Source of the DNA: Candidatus Omnitrophota bacterium
GTDB taxonomy: Bacteria > Omnitrophota > Gorgyraeia > Gygaellales > Profunditerraquicolaceae
Reading direction: 5' to 3'
Length of the DNA stretch: 64,000 bases
NCBI GenBank assembly: GCA_028717245.1
Contig: JAQUOD010000004.1
Coordinates: 537 to 64,536, forward strand
Below the pieces are notes generated by a model. The model was given only the letters and a program-made list of their open reading frames with translations, had not been told where the DNA came from and ran no database searches. Numbering within the stretch: the stretch's first letter is position 1; each line of letters begins with the position of its first letter. The position numbers and the translations under genes are program-made. This document shows positions 50,275 through 60,168 of this stretch, one piece after another.

Positions 50275-51546
50275 TTAATTCAGCTGGCGGTATATCTCTT
50301 TTTCTTTATCTTTAAGCGGGCCGATCAAAGCAAGATTTAATCTTCCTTCCTGTAATATGGATTCGGCTGCCTCGCGGATATTTTCCCGTTTTACCTTCCG
50401 CACCTCTTTGATGATATCCTCAAGGGAATAAACCTTATCCAGGGTGGCGAGAGATTCGCCTATCCAGAGCATATGGTCAAGGGTGTCCTCCAGGGCAAGC
50501 ATGAGCTGGCCCAGATAAAATTCTTTTGCCCGTTTAAATTCGGCAGCAGTAACCAGCTTATCCTTGGCCTTCTTCAGCTCTTTGAGGATAAGCTTTATGG
50601 CCTCGCTGACGTTGCGGTTATCAATTCCGGCATGGACGATAAATGCCCCCGTATCCTGAAAATATTTCACCTGCGTGCCTATCTCATAAGCCAGGCCATT
50701 CTTTTCCCTGACTTCATTAAAGAGCCGGCTGGACATATTTGCCCCCAAAACTATATGCAAGAGCCCCAGGGCATACTTTAAAGGATGCTCCCTCTTAAAC
50801 CCGCGAAAGCCTAAAGCCATATGGGTCTGTTCCGTCTCTTTGTATAAGAGTTTTAATTTTGGTTTGAATTGCTGCTCCCTTACTTTCGAGAAGGCATTTA
50901 TATTTTTATCCTGTCCTGCGGAAAATATAGCGCTTACCTTGTCTGTGAATTTATCAAAATCCAAAGCACCCGCAACACTGATGATAATATTGGGCGCGGT
51001 ATAATACCTTTCTTTAAACAGGGAGAGTGAGCCTCTCTTGATTTTATTCACGGAATCAGCCGTACCTATAATAGGCGCCCCTAACGGCTGATCAGGCCAG
51101 AGGAGTTCGTCCAATAATTCATAGACATAACTCTGGGGCAGGTCTTTATACATCTTTATTTCTTCCAGGATTACCGTCCTCTCCTTGTTTATTTCTTTTT
51201 CCAGCAACAGGGGGTTTCTCACCATATCCGAAAGGACATTCAGGGCGATATCCAGATAGGAATAGGGGATTTTTACCAGATAGCAAGTCAACTCTTCCGA
51301 GGTGAACCCGTTTAAAGAGCCGCCTACTCCTTCGATTGATTCTTTTATCTTACGGCAGGAGTAATTCTTCGACCCCTTAAAGACAAGGTGCTCTAAGAAA
51401 TGGGCTATGCCTTTAAATTCAGCGGACTCATACCTGCCGCCTACCCTGATCCAGATACCTATGGCCACAGACTGCATCTTACTCATAGGATGCGCCACTA
51501 TCCTTAGGCCATTATCCAATATTTTATTTTTATAAATCCGGCTCAT
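50275..51546 (-). CDS. M16-family zinc peptidase (insulinase-like)
   Basis: Inverted zinc motif HxxEH (HFLEHLVFKGS) and downstream E; 423 aa. Confidence 0.8.
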   Translation of the reverse strand: MSRIYKNKILDNGLRIVAHPMSKMQSVAIGIWIRVGGRYESAEFKGIAHFLEHLVFKGSKNYSCRKIKESIEGVGGSLNGFTSEELTCYLVKIPYSYLDIALNVLSDMVRNPLLLEKEINKERTVILEEIKMYKDLPQSYVYELLDELLWPDQPLGAPIIGTADSVNKIKRGSLSLFKERYYTAPNIIISVAGALDFDKFTDKVSAIFSAGQDKNINAFSKVREQQFKPKLKLLYKETEQTHMALGFRGFKREHPLKYALGLLHIVLGANMSSRLFNEVREKNGLAYEIGTQVKYFQDTGAFIVHAGIDNRNVSEAIKLILKELKKAKDKLVTAAEFKRAKEFYLGQLMLALEDTLDHMLWIGESLATLDKVYSLEDIIKEVRKVKRENIREAAESILQEGRLNLALIGPLKDKEKEIYRQLN

Positions 51547-52328
51547 ATTTTCAGTTTACGGATAAATCCGCCTACCCTCTTTACTAAATCAGGCCTGCCG
51601 ATATTTTCTTTAATCCTCCTGATAATAGCGCTGCCTATGATTACGCCGTCGGCAATTTTATAAATCTGCCTTACCTGCTTAGCGCTTGATACCCCAAACC
51701 CCACGCAAACGGGTTTACGGGTATTTTTTTTCACTGCCTTGAGGTTATTTATCAGGTCCGAAGGCAACTTTTTACGCACTCCGGTAACTCCGGTCAAGGA
51801 AACATAATAAATAAAACCCCGGGAGACACCGGAGATAAATTTCATCCGCTCTTTAGTGCTTGTGGGTGCTAGAAAAAAGATAATATCTAAATCATATTTT
51901 TTCGCTGACTCTATAAAAGTCGCGGCTTCTTCAGGAGGCAGATCCGGTATAATCACGCCGTCTACTCCTGACCCCGAGGCCTTCCTGGCGAATTTTTCTT
52001 CGCCAAAACAAAATATGGGATTGTAATAAGTCATCAGGCACAAAGGGATATCCGTATCTTTCCTTAACGTCTTGACTAACTTTAATATATCGTTAAGATT
52101 AACACCCCTCTTTAAGGACTCCTGCGACGCTTCCTGGATAATCGGCCCGTCTGCCATAGGGTCAGAAAAAGGAACGCCTAATTCTACAATATCCACGCCG
52201 TTTTTAGCAAACTCCAATACTAGTTTTCGAGTGGTATCAAGGTTCGGGTAGCCGGCAGTAATAAAGGCAATAAATGCTTTCTTATTTTTTTTCTTTAAAT
52301 CCTTAAATTTTTTATCAATACGGTTCAT
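51543..52328 (-). CDS. trpA: Tryptophan synthase alpha chain
   Basis: TIM-barrel TrpA motifs (ELGVPFSDPMADGP, GFGV). Confidence 0.92.
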   Translation of the reverse strand: MNRIDKKFKDLKKKNKKAFIAFITAGYPNLDTTRKLVLEFAKNGVDIVELGVPFSDPMADGPIIQEASQESLKRGVNLNDILKLVKTLRKDTDIPLCLMTYYNPIFCFGEEKFARKASGSGVDGVIIPDLPPEEAATFIESAKKYDLDIIFFLAPTSTKERMKFISGVSRGFIYYVSLTGVTGVRKKLPSDLINNLKAVKKNTRKPVCVGFGVSSAKQVRQIYKIADGVIIGSAIIRRIKENIGRPDLVKRVGGFIRKLKI

Positions 52329-52401
52329 CCCACACCTTCTCTCTTATTCAAGAATTCTGTTTATTTAAATCCCACATCCATGCAATTAGAAGGCGTGGGA
52401 T

Positions 52402-53589
52402 TCATAATTTCAATCCTTTCACTACAATATCCAAATCTTTATCCCCCCTGCCTGAAAGGCAAAGGATAATTATCGCGTCTTTATTAATTTTTCCTGCCAG
52501 CCGGGTAAGATAAAATACGGCATGAGCAGGCTCTAAGGCCGGGATTATACCTTCGGTTTCCGATAATAATTTAAAGCCTTCCAGGGCTTCTTTGTCGTTG
52601 ACTGCCACGTAGGTAGCCCGGCCTGTCTTTTTATAATAAGCGTGCTCCGGGCCTACGCCGGGATAATCTAAACCCGCGGCAATAGAGTGGGCAATTTTTA
52701 CCTGGCCGAATTCATCTTCCAGGAGCCCGGATTTGGAGCCATGTAAAACCCCTGTTTTTCCACCCACTAAAGTAGCAGCATGTTTTCCTGATGCTATACC
52801 CAAACCGCCTGCTTCTACGCCGATAAATTTGACTCTGCGGTCATTATAAAAAGGATAGAATAAACCCATAGCATTGCTACCGCCGCCTACACAAGCTACC
52901 AGATAATCCGGCAGCCTTTTTTCTTTTTTTAATATCTGCCGCCTTGCCTCGCGCCCGAGCACTGATTGGAAATCCCTGACCATCACTGGATACGGATGCG
53001 GCCCGGCAACAGAACCGATGATATAATGGGTGTGGCGCACATTAGTTACCCAATCCCTTAAGGCCTCGGTCATAGCATCCTTAAGCGTCTTTGAGCCGCT
53101 GCTCACAGGCACAACCCTGGCGCCTAAGAGTTTCATACGAAAGACATTTAACCTCTGCCTCTGGATATCTTCCTCACCCATATAGATATCGCACTCCAGC
53201 CCGAACATAGCGGCAACAGTAGCTGTGGCTACTCCGTGTTGCCCGGCGCCGGTTTCGGCAATAATGCGTTTCTTTCCCATCCTTAGCGCCAGAAGAACCT
53301 GGCCCAGGGTATTATTTATCTTATGCGCGCCCGTATGCAACAAGTCCTCTCTCTTAAGATAAATCTTTCTGATACCCAGATGTTTGCTTAAATTCTTAGC
53401 GAGATACAATGGCGTGGGCCGGCCGGCATATTCTTTAAGATAATAATCGAGTTCTTGATTAAATTTTCTATCGCGCCTGGCCTTCTTATACTCTTTTTCC
53501 AGCTCATCCAGGGCATGTATCAGCGTCTCAGGGACAAACCTGCCGCCGAAACCGTCAAAATGTCCTTTTTTATCGGGTAACATATCCAC
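52402..53589 (-). CDS. trpB: Tryptophan synthase beta chain
   Basis: PLP lysine region ([16 protein letters not shown]), GGGSNAMG, 395 aa. Confidence 0.93.
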   Translation of the reverse strand: MDMLPDKKGHFDGFGGRFVPETLIHALDELEKEYKKARRDRKFNQELDYYLKEYAGRPTPLYLAKNLSKHLGIRKIYLKREDLLHTGAHKINNTLGQVLLALRMGKKRIIAETGAGQHGVATATVAAMFGLECDIYMGEEDIQRQRLNVFRMKLLGARVVPVSSGSKTLKDAMTEALRDWVTNVRHTHYIIGSVAGPHPYPVMVRDFQSVLGREARRQILKKEKRLPDYLVACVGGGSNAMGLFYPFYNDRRVKFIGVEAGGLGIASGKHAATLVGGKTGVLHGSKSGLLEDEFGQVKIAHSIAAGLDYPGVGPEHAYYKKTGRATYVAVNDKEALEGFKLLSETEGIIPALEPAHAVFYLTRLAGKINKDAIIILCLSGRGDKDLDIVVKGLKL

Positions 53590-53687
53590 CTCTTCAATTT
53601 GCGTTATTATAAGTTAAAAATAAAAAGCCGTCAACGGGCATCTAAAAAGTAACCTTATGCCCGCGCAATACGGGCATTTTTCCATCT

Positions 53688-54308
53688 CTAACTCTTCTCC
53701 CTTACCGCCTTAATGAAACTCTTGGCTTTTTTATAGTCTTTCTCACCCGGTTTTATTTCTACACAGCTCGATACGTCTACCCAGTCCGGATGCGCCTGTT
53801 GTATTGCCTCTTTGGCGTTCTGGGCATTCAGCCCGCCGGATAAAAATATGGGCTTATGAAAACCGCTCAAATGCCTTATCAGCTCCCAGTTAAACCTCTT
53901 GCCTGTGCCGCCTATCTTTGATTTTACAAAGGTATCAAAAAGATAAGCATAAGTTCTATACCTCAAGATACCCCTGAAATCTACCCTGTCTTTTATCCTG
54001 AATGCCTTGATTATTTTATAACCTTTGAATTTGGCGCAAAATTCCGGCGATTCATCGCCGTGAAACTGCAGCATATCCAGCTTTAAATCTTTGGCAATGC
54101 GTTTGATGTTATTTTCCTTTTCGTCAACAAAAACCCCCACCTTCTTAATTGATTTAGGGATATGCCTGATGATTTCTCTGGCCTTATCCGGCCGGATATA
54201 CCTGGGGCTCTTCTGATAAAAAACAAACCCTAAGGCATCGGGTTTAAGCCCTGCGATTTTTAGCGCATCCTCTAAATTCGTTATCCCGCATATCTTTACT
54301 TTTACCAT
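53688..54308 (-). CDS. trpF: Phosphoribosylanthranilate isomerase
   Basis: MVKVKICGIT... Start placed at the ATG at 54308 with RBS gaggtg; the ORF track used the GTG at 54311. Confidence 0.88.
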   Translation of the reverse strand: MVKVKICGITNLEDALKIAGLKPDALGFVFYQKSPRYIRPDKAREIIRHIPKSIKKVGVFVDEKENNIKRIAKDLKLDMLQFHGDESPEFCAKFKGYKIIKAFRIKDRVDFRGILRYRTYAYLFDTFVKSKIGGTGKRFNWELIRHLSGFHKPIFLSGGLNAQNAKEAIQQAHPDWVDVSSCVEIKPGEKDYKKAKSFIKAVREKS

Positions 54309-54315
54309 CACACCT

Positions 54316-54350
54316 CAACTAACAACTAACGACCAACGACTAACGACTAA
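54316..54350. repeat. Heptanucleotide tandem repeat (5 degenerate units: caactaa/cgactaa) in the trpC-trpF intergenic region
   Basis: Direct read of the sequence. It lies between the trpC stop (54352) and the trpF RBS. Confidence 0.85.
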
Positions 54351-54351
54351 A

Positions 54352-55140
54352 TTACCATCCCATCAGCTCTTCTATCTTCTTCTTTATATCCTGCGCTTCC
54401 ATAATCGCTTCGCCGATTAAGACCGCGCTGACCCCCAGGATCTTTAAAAATAATATATCCTGGCTGCTCTTGATACCGCTCTCTACTACCACCACCTTAC
54501 CTTTTGGGATAAGGAGAAATAAATTCTCCGTAGTCTTAAAATCTACCTCTAAAGTATGTAAATTGCGGTTATTTATCCCGATTAAAGGCGCCTTCAGGCT
54601 TAAGACCTTTTTTAATTCCTTCTCATCATGGACTTCTACCAAACAATCCAACCCCAGGCTTTCGGCTATCTGCATCAGCTCGGACAGCTTCTCCTTAGAC
54701 AATAAATCCGCAATCAGCAATATGGCATCCGCGCCGTAGAATCTGGACTCATAAACCTGGTATGGCTCTAAAATAAAATCTTTTCTTAATACGGGGCATT
54801 GCACAATATTTTTCACTTCATTGAGGTAAGATATGCTGCCGCCGAAATAATCCTCTTCGGTCAATACCGATACTGCCGTAACTCCTGCCTCCTGATAAAT
54901 ACGGGCAATCTGGGCAAGATTGAATTCCTGGCGGATGATACCCCGCGAAGGGGATTGTCTTTTTATCTCGGCAATCAGAAAAATCTGCCTTGGCTTACTT
55001 ATGGCTTCCATAAAAGGGCGCGTAGGCATAAGGCCGAGCACTTTAGCCTTTAACTCTTCCTCGGGGAGCTGCTGCTTGGTTAAAATAATCTTTTCTTTCT
55101 TTTTCTCTACAATTTCTTTTAGGATATCTGCTTTTTTCAT
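54352..55140 (-). CDS. trpC: Indole-3-glycerol phosphate synthase
   Basis: IAEIKRQSPSRG and LLIAD motifs, 262 aa. Confidence 0.9.
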   Translation of the reverse strand: MKKADILKEIVEKKKEKIILTKQQLPEEELKAKVLGLMPTRPFMEAISKPRQIFLIAEIKRQSPSRGIIRQEFNLAQIARIYQEAGVTAVSVLTEEDYFGGSISYLNEVKNIVQCPVLRKDFILEPYQVYESRFYGADAILLIADLLSKEKLSELMQIAESLGLDCLVEVHDEKELKKVLSLKAPLIGINNRNLHTLEVDFKTTENLFLLIPKGKVVVVESGIKSSQDILFLKILGVSAVLIGEAIMEAQDIKKKIEELMGW

Positions 55141-56153
55141 TTATTTTTTTGTGAATACTCTTTAAGCGCTTCCAGCTTTTCTAATGCCTTACCTGAATCT
55201 ATGGATTCAGAAGCCATCTTTATTCCCTCTTCAAGCGATTTGGCCTTATCGGCAGCGTATATGGCAGCTGCGGCGTTTAATAATACTATGTCCCGCTTAG
55301 GGCCGGCTTCCCCTTTTAAAACATCAAGCACGATCCGGGTATTATCGCAAACCTCTTTGCCTCTTAAGTCTTCTAACTGCACTTTGGGAAATCCGAAATC
55401 CTGCGGATTTATTTCGTAATCTTTTAAGCTGCCCTGATATGTTTCACTCACGTAGGTCCTGGCAGTAGTGCTTACTTCATCAAGGCCGTCCTGGCTGTGC
55501 ACGACGAGCGCATGCGTTGTCCCCAGGTTACCCAGCACCGTGGCCAATATCTTTACCCAGCGTATTTCATATACGCCCAATAATTGATGCGTTGCGCCCG
55601 CGGGATTGGTTAAAGGGCCTAAAATATTAAATATGGTCCGCACCCCCATTTGTTTTCTCGCCGGCATGGCGTATTTCATCGCCGGATGGAGATTAGGCGC
55701 ATAGAGAAAAGCAATCCCGATATCATTAAGGCATTCTTCTATATTTTTTTTGGGCATATTGATATTGACCCCTAATGCCTCTAATATATCCGCGCTGCCG
55801 CAGGAACTTGACACCGAACGGTTACCGTGTTTGGCTACGGTAATCCCTGCGCCAGAGGCCACAAATGCCGCTAGCGTAGAAACATTAAACGTCCCTTTTT
55901 TGTCTCCGCCTGTCCCGCAGGTGTCCAAAACCACATCTTTATCTGTGCGGATTTTAGTCACGTGGTTACGCATGACCGAGACCGCAGCGGTGATTTCTTC
56001 TACTGTTTCGCCTTTCTTATTTAAGGCGTCCAAGAAAGAAACAATCTCAGCCGTCTTTGCTTTACCGGTCATAATTTCTTCCATGACCTTGCGCATTAAA
56101 TCCGGCGTAAGATTATTTTTTAAGGAGAGTTCGTTTATCGCCTCTTTAATCAT
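55137..56153 (-). CDS. trpD: Anthranilate phosphoribosyltransferase
   Basis: GTGGD(K)KGTFNVST motif, 338 aa. Confidence 0.92.
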   Translation of the reverse strand: MIKEAINELSLKNNLTPDLMRKVMEEIMTGKAKTAEIVSFLDALNKKGETVEEITAAVSVMRNHVTKIRTDKDVVLDTCGTGGDKKGTFNVSTLAAFVASGAGITVAKHGNRSVSSSCGSADILEALGVNINMPKKNIEECLNDIGIAFLYAPNLHPAMKYAMPARKQMGVRTIFNILGPLTNPAGATHQLLGVYEIRWVKILATVLGNLGTTHALVVHSQDGLDEVSTTARTYVSETYQGSLKDYEINPQDFGFPKVQLEDLRGKEVCDNTRIVLDVLKGEAGPKRDIVLLNAAAAIYAADKAKSLEEGIKMASESIDSGKALEKLEALKEYSQKNK

Positions 56154-56713
56154 ATGGCTAAGAAATTAGCGAGGATATCCTGCCCTACTTTGGTTAAGAT
56201 AGATTCAGGGTGAAACTGCACTCCCCATAAGGGATATTCTTTGTGCTTTAGGCCCATAATCTCTGATTCTTTTGTCCAGGCAATTATCTCTAAACATTCA
56301 GGCAGGGTTTTCTTTTCTACCACCAGAGAATGGTAACGTGTAGCTTCAAAAGGATTAGGTATGCCGCGGAATATAGTCTTTCGGTTATGATAAATAAGCG
56401 AGGTTTTTCCGTGCATCAGCCTCTTTGCGCCGATAATGCGGCCGCCGTAAACATAGCCCAGGCACTGGTGGCCCAGACACACCCCTAATATAGGAATTTT
56501 ACCGGCAAATTTTTTAATCACCTCGCAGGAGATACCCGCGCCTTCCGGACGGCCCGGCCCGGGTGAAATCACAATTTTCCCGGGCTTAAGTTTCTTAATT
56601 TTATCTATGCTGATTTTGTCGTTCCTGAATACCCTGATATCTGCGCCCAGGGCCCCTAAATATTGGACGAGGTTATAGGTAAAGGAATCGTAATTATCAA
56701 TCATAAGTATCAT
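56150..56713 (-). CDS. trpG: Anthranilate synthase component II / class I glutamine amidotransferase (TrpG/PabA)
   Basis: GATase triad region (GVCLGHQ, ...HPE), 187 aa, translationally coupled to trpD. Confidence 0.85.
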   Translation of the reverse strand: MILMIDNYDSFTYNLVQYLGALGADIRVFRNDKISIDKIKKLKPGKIVISPGPGRPEGAGISCEVIKKFAGKIPILGVCLGHQCLGYVYGGRIIGAKRLMHGKTSLIYHNRKTIFRGIPNPFEATRYHSLVVEKKTLPECLEIIAWTKESEIMGLKHKEYPLWGVQFHPESILTKVGQDILANFLAI

Positions 56714-57972
56714 TCTTTTTCTCTCCAGATTTTTGCACCCAACCTCTCTAATTTTGCTTCCATATTTTCATATCCGCGCTCCAGATGATAAATCCTGGAT
56801 ACTGCGGTCTTGCCGCGTGCCACTAATCCGGCCAAGACTAAACAAGCAGATGCGCGTAAGTCCGAGGCCATGACCGGAGCGCCCGATAATTGTTTTACGC
56901 CTTCAACAATCGCATGCGGGCCTTCTCTTTGGATGCGCGCGCCCATACGGTTAAGCTCAGCCACATGCATAAACCTATCCGGATAAATCTTCTCGGTAAC
57001 TACGCTTATGCCGGCAGTAACGCTCATTAAGCTCATCATCTGCGCCTGCATATCCGTAGGAAAACCCGGATAAGGCAAGGTAGTAATATTTATGGGCTTT
57101 AGCCTGCGTTTAGGGCAGACGCGGATTGAATTATCGGTATTTTTTAGAGAAACACCCGCTTCTTCAAGTTTATCAATGACCGCGCCTAAATGCCTGGAAA
57201 AAATATTCTTTATGGTAATATCCCCCCCTGTAATCAAAGAAGCCACTATTAAGGTGCCTGCTTCTATCCTGTCCGGGATTATCTTATGTTCGGCGCCGTG
57301 TAATTGCCTGACGCCCTCTATCTCTATGGTCGGCGTGCCGTGGCCCTTTATTTTAGCGCCCATTTTAATCAAGAAATCCGCCAGGTCTGCTACTTCAGGC
57401 TCGCAGGCTGCGGATTCAATAATAGTCTTACCCCTCGCTAAGGTAGCTGCCATCATTACATTATCGGTAGCCAACACCGATGAGCCATAAACGCCGCCTA
57501 AGTATACCTGGTTGCCTTTAAGCCGCTTTGCCTTGGCGATAACATAGCCTGCCTCAACAGCAATATCCGCACCCAAAGCCCTAATCCCTTTAAGGTGTAA
57601 ATCTACGGGCCGCACGCCGATAATACAGCCGCCGGGTAGAGAAACTTTTGCCTTCTTTAGCTTAGCAAGCAGCGGCCCCAAAACACAGAATGAGGCGCGC
57701 ATGGTAGAGACGAGTTTATAATCGGCGATAAAATTGGCGTGCTTATTCGGGCCAATGGCAACTGCGCCTTTATCGAACTCGGCACTCTTGCCCAGAGAAC
57801 GTAAAATTTTTAACATGGTGTGCGTATCCCGCAGATTAGGCACACCCCTGATAATACAATGGTCGTCCGTCAAAAGGGCCGCCGCCAAAATGGGTAAGAC
57901 CGCGTTTTTAGAACCCGATACAGTAACTTCGCCTTTTAGTTTTACCCCGCCTTCAATGATCAACTTATCCAT
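56710..57972 (-). CDS. murA: UDP-N-acetylglucosamine 1-carboxyvinyltransferase MurA
   Basis: MDKLIIEGGVKLKGEVTVSGSKNAVLPILAA..., 420 aa EPT family. It overlaps trpG by 4 nt. Confidence 0.92.
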   Translation of the reverse strand: MDKLIIEGGVKLKGEVTVSGSKNAVLPILAAALLTDDHCIIRGVPNLRDTHTMLKILRSLGKSAEFDKGAVAIGPNKHANFIADYKLVSTMRASFCVLGPLLAKLKKAKVSLPGGCIIGVRPVDLHLKGIRALGADIAVEAGYVIAKAKRLKGNQVYLGGVYGSSVLATDNVMMAATLARGKTIIESAACEPEVADLADFLIKMGAKIKGHGTPTIEIEGVRQLHGAEHKIIPDRIEAGTLIVASLITGGDITIKNIFSRHLGAVIDKLEEAGVSLKNTDNSIRVCPKRRLKPINITTLPYPGFPTDMQAQMMSLMSVTAGISVVTEKIYPDRFMHVAELNRMGARIQREGPHAIVEGVKQLSGAPVMASDLRASACLVLAGLVARGKTAVSRIYHLERGYENMEAKLERLGAKIWREKE

Positions 57973-57974
57973 AT

Positions 57975-58775
57975 TTATCTTTCTTTTTTAGCTACAACGA
58001 CTCTGTCTATATTATTATAATCCTTAATCCATTCTATTACCTTAAAAAATCCGGATTTTTGAAAAACATTTTTTATCGCATCCTTTTGCCCGAACCCCGC
58101 CTCCATAATTAAAAAACCTCCCTCTTTTAGATATCCGGGCGCATCCTGGATTATCCTGCGGTAAAAATCTAACCCTTCTTCGCCGCCGTCTAGGGCAATT
58201 CGCGGCTCATATTGTATCTCTGGTTGCAACGTGTCAATTTCCTGCGTAGGGACATAAGGTGGGTTAGAAACAATTATATCGTAAGCTGTAAGCTCTAAGC
58301 TATAAGCTGTAAGTAAATCACTTTGGAAAAAACTGATGCTATTGTCCACTCTATTTAACCGGGCATTAGCCCTGGCTATCTCTAAGGCACTTTCAGAAAT
58401 ATCTGTAGCATGGATTTCTGCTTCAGGTAAAAATTTTGCCAAAGACACAGCAATGCATCCTGAACCTGTACCTAAATCCAAAATATTGACACCTGACACC
58501 TGACACCTGACACCTGACACCAGCTTTATTGCTGTTTCTACTAAAATCTCCGTCTCCGGCCTGGGTATCAGCACATCCGGAGTTACCTTAAATTGCAAGC
58601 CCATAAATTCTGCCTTACCTAATATATATTGTATAGGTTCACTTTTTATCCGTCTTTTTAAAGCAGCGGATACCAAAGAAGAGCTGATTTTATCCAGAGA
58701 TAAATCTTTATTTACATATAAAGACAGCCGGTCGCAATTCAATATATCGGTAAATAATAACTCTGCCTCATTCAT
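57975..58775 (-). CDS. prmC: Release factor glutamine N5-methyltransferase PrmC (HemK)
   Basis: SAM-binding LDLGTGSG and NPPY motif (VSNPPYVP). It contains two in-frame heptamer tandem-repeat inserts. Confidence 0.88.
   Translation of the reverse strand: MNEAELLFTDILNCDRLSLYVNKDLSLDKISSSLVSAALKRRIKSEPIQYILGKAEFMGLQFKVTPDVLIPRPETEILVETAIKLVSGVRCQVSGVNILDLGTGSGCIAVSLAKFLPEAEIHATDISESALEIARANARLNRVDNSISFFQSDLLTAYSLELTAYDIIVSNPPYVPTQEIDTLQPEIQYEPRIALDGGEEGLDFYRRIIQDAPGYLKEGGFLIMEAGFGQKDAIKNVFQKSGFFKVIEWIKDYNNIDRVVVAKKER
58281..58315. repeat. Heptanucleotide tandem repeat (gtaagct-like x5) inside prmC, in frame
   Basis: It encodes TAYSLEL duplicated next to [12 protein letters not shown]. Confidence 0.9.
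58487..58521. repeat. Heptanucleotide tandem repeat (tgacacc x5, GGTGTCA in sense) inside prmC, in frame
   Basis: It encodes [11 protein letters not shown] immediately before the [11 protein letters not shown] motif. Confidence 0.9.
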
Positions 58776-59826
58776 TCTTTTTTCCCTCTGCTGCTTTTAT
58801 CAATGCATCAGATAACTCATCCAAGTCGCCTTCCAATACCGCTTCCAATTGGTGCAGGGTCAGGTTTATCCTATGGTCGGTGACGCGGCGGTCAGGAAAA
58901 TTATAGGTACGGATTTTCTCGCTCCTGTCTCCTGAGCCGATCTGGGATTTCCTCTCCTGGGAGATCTTTTTAGATTCCTCCTGTTGTTTTATATCCATAA
59001 GCCTTGCGCGCAGAATCCTCATTGCTTTAGTTTTATTCTTTAATTGTGAACGCTCATCCTGACAGGCCACCACCACCCCCGAAGGCAAATGCGTAATCCT
59101 TACCGCAGAATCGCTCTTTTGCATATGCTGCCCGCCCGGGCCTGAAGACCTGTAGGTATCAATGCGCAGATCTTTCTGGTCAACCGAAAAATCCACCTCT
59201 TCGGGTTCCATCAATACCGCTACCGTAGCGGTAGAGGTATGGATGCGGCCCTGCGCTTCCGTAGTAGGGACGCGCTGGACGCGATGCACGCCGCTTTCAA
59301 ACTTAAGGCGTTTGTAGGCCTCTTTGCCTTTTACGCTAAAGACTATTTCTTTAAAACCTCCCAGTTCATTAGGATGCGCGGACATCGATTCTACGGCCCA
59401 GGATTTTCTGGCGGCATATTTTGTATACATCCGGTAAAGGTCACCGGCGAATAGTCCCGCCTCCAGGCCTCCGGTACCCTGGCGTATCTCGACGATGATA
59501 TCACGGCCCAGGTCCTTATCTTCTCCCTTTAAAATATTTTTCAGTTTCAGCTCTAAATCCGCTTTCTTATTTTTTAAATCCTCTGATTCCGCCTTAGCCA
59601 AAGCCAGGAATTCACGCTCGTGTTTTTCCTTAAGCGTATTTTCCAGGTCCTGCGTTTCCTTAATAATCTTCTTATATTCCCGGAATATAGATACAGTCTC
59701 CTTCAGCTCTGACAAATCCCTCGCGTACTGGCTATACTGTTCCTTGTCAGATACGGTTTCGTACGAAGCCAGAAGGCGCTCTAATTCCTGGTAGCGTTTT
59801 TCTAACTGCTCTAATTGCTCAAACAT
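58768..59826 (-). CDS. prfA: Peptide chain release factor 1
   Basis: GGQ motif ([10 protein letters not shown]) and RF1-type tripeptide region [17 protein letters not shown]. Confidence 0.92.
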   Translation of the reverse strand: MFEQLEQLEKRYQELERLLASYETVSDKEQYSQYARDLSELKETVSIFREYKKIIKETQDLENTLKEKHEREFLALAKAESEDLKNKKADLELKLKNILKGEDKDLGRDIIVEIRQGTGGLEAGLFAGDLYRMYTKYAARKSWAVESMSAHPNELGGFKEIVFSVKGKEAYKRLKFESGVHRVQRVPTTEAQGRIHTSTATVAVLMEPEEVDFSVDQKDLRIDTYRSSGPGGQHMQKSDSAVRITHLPSGVVVACQDERSQLKNKTKAMRILRARLMDIKQQEESKKISQERKSQIGSGDRSEKIRTYNFPDRRVTDHRINLTLHQLEAVLEGDLDELSDALIKAAEGKKNE

Positions 59827-59829
59827 CCT

Positions 59830-60057
59830 TTACTGGGCGTCCTCTGCCTTTGGCGCTTGTTTTTTAGCGTATTTCTTCATAAACTTATCCACCCTACCTG
59901 CGGAATCTACGAATTTTTGCTTACCCGTAAAAAACGGATGGCATTTCGCGCAGATCTCCACCCTGATACTGGGTTTAGTGGAACGCGTATGTATGGTATT
60001 ACCACAGGCGCAGACAATCACACAATCCTGGTACTTGGGATGAATCTTGTCTTTCAT
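59830..60057 (-). CDS. rpmE: 50S ribosomal protein L31
   Basis: MKDKIHPKY...CxC...CxxCHPFFTG, a zinc-ribbon type L31. Confidence 0.9.
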   Translation of the reverse strand: MKDKIHPKYQDCVIVCACGNTIHTRSTKPSIRVEICAKCHPFFTGKQKFVDSAGRVDKFMKKYAKKQAPKAEDAQ

Positions 60058-60086
60058 TTAAAACCTCCTCGTAGATAAATCAGTTT

Positions 60087-60163
60087 GTGTCATAGTATCA
60101 AAGTATCAAGGTATCAAAGTTAAATCTTTTCTTTGACACATGACACTTTGACACATTGACACC
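60087..60163 (-). promoter_or_regulatory. rpmE 5' leader with 8-nt periodic repeats: 4x GUGUCA, then 3-4x UGAUAC (sense)
   Basis: Sense strand reads GGTGTCAAT GTGTCAAA GTGTCATG TGTCAAAG ... TTTGATAC CTTGATAC TTTGATAC TATGACAC, the same architecture as the rpsO leader. Confidence 0.6.
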
Positions 60164-60168
60164 TTATT

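Noticed and set aside
53590-53687. Hairpins with T-tracts in the trpF-trpB spacer as a definite attenuator
   Set aside because: Stems are short and imperfect on the sense strand. A stronger hairpin plus T-tract is on the antisense strand. Mentioned only as a possibility within the trp operon finding.
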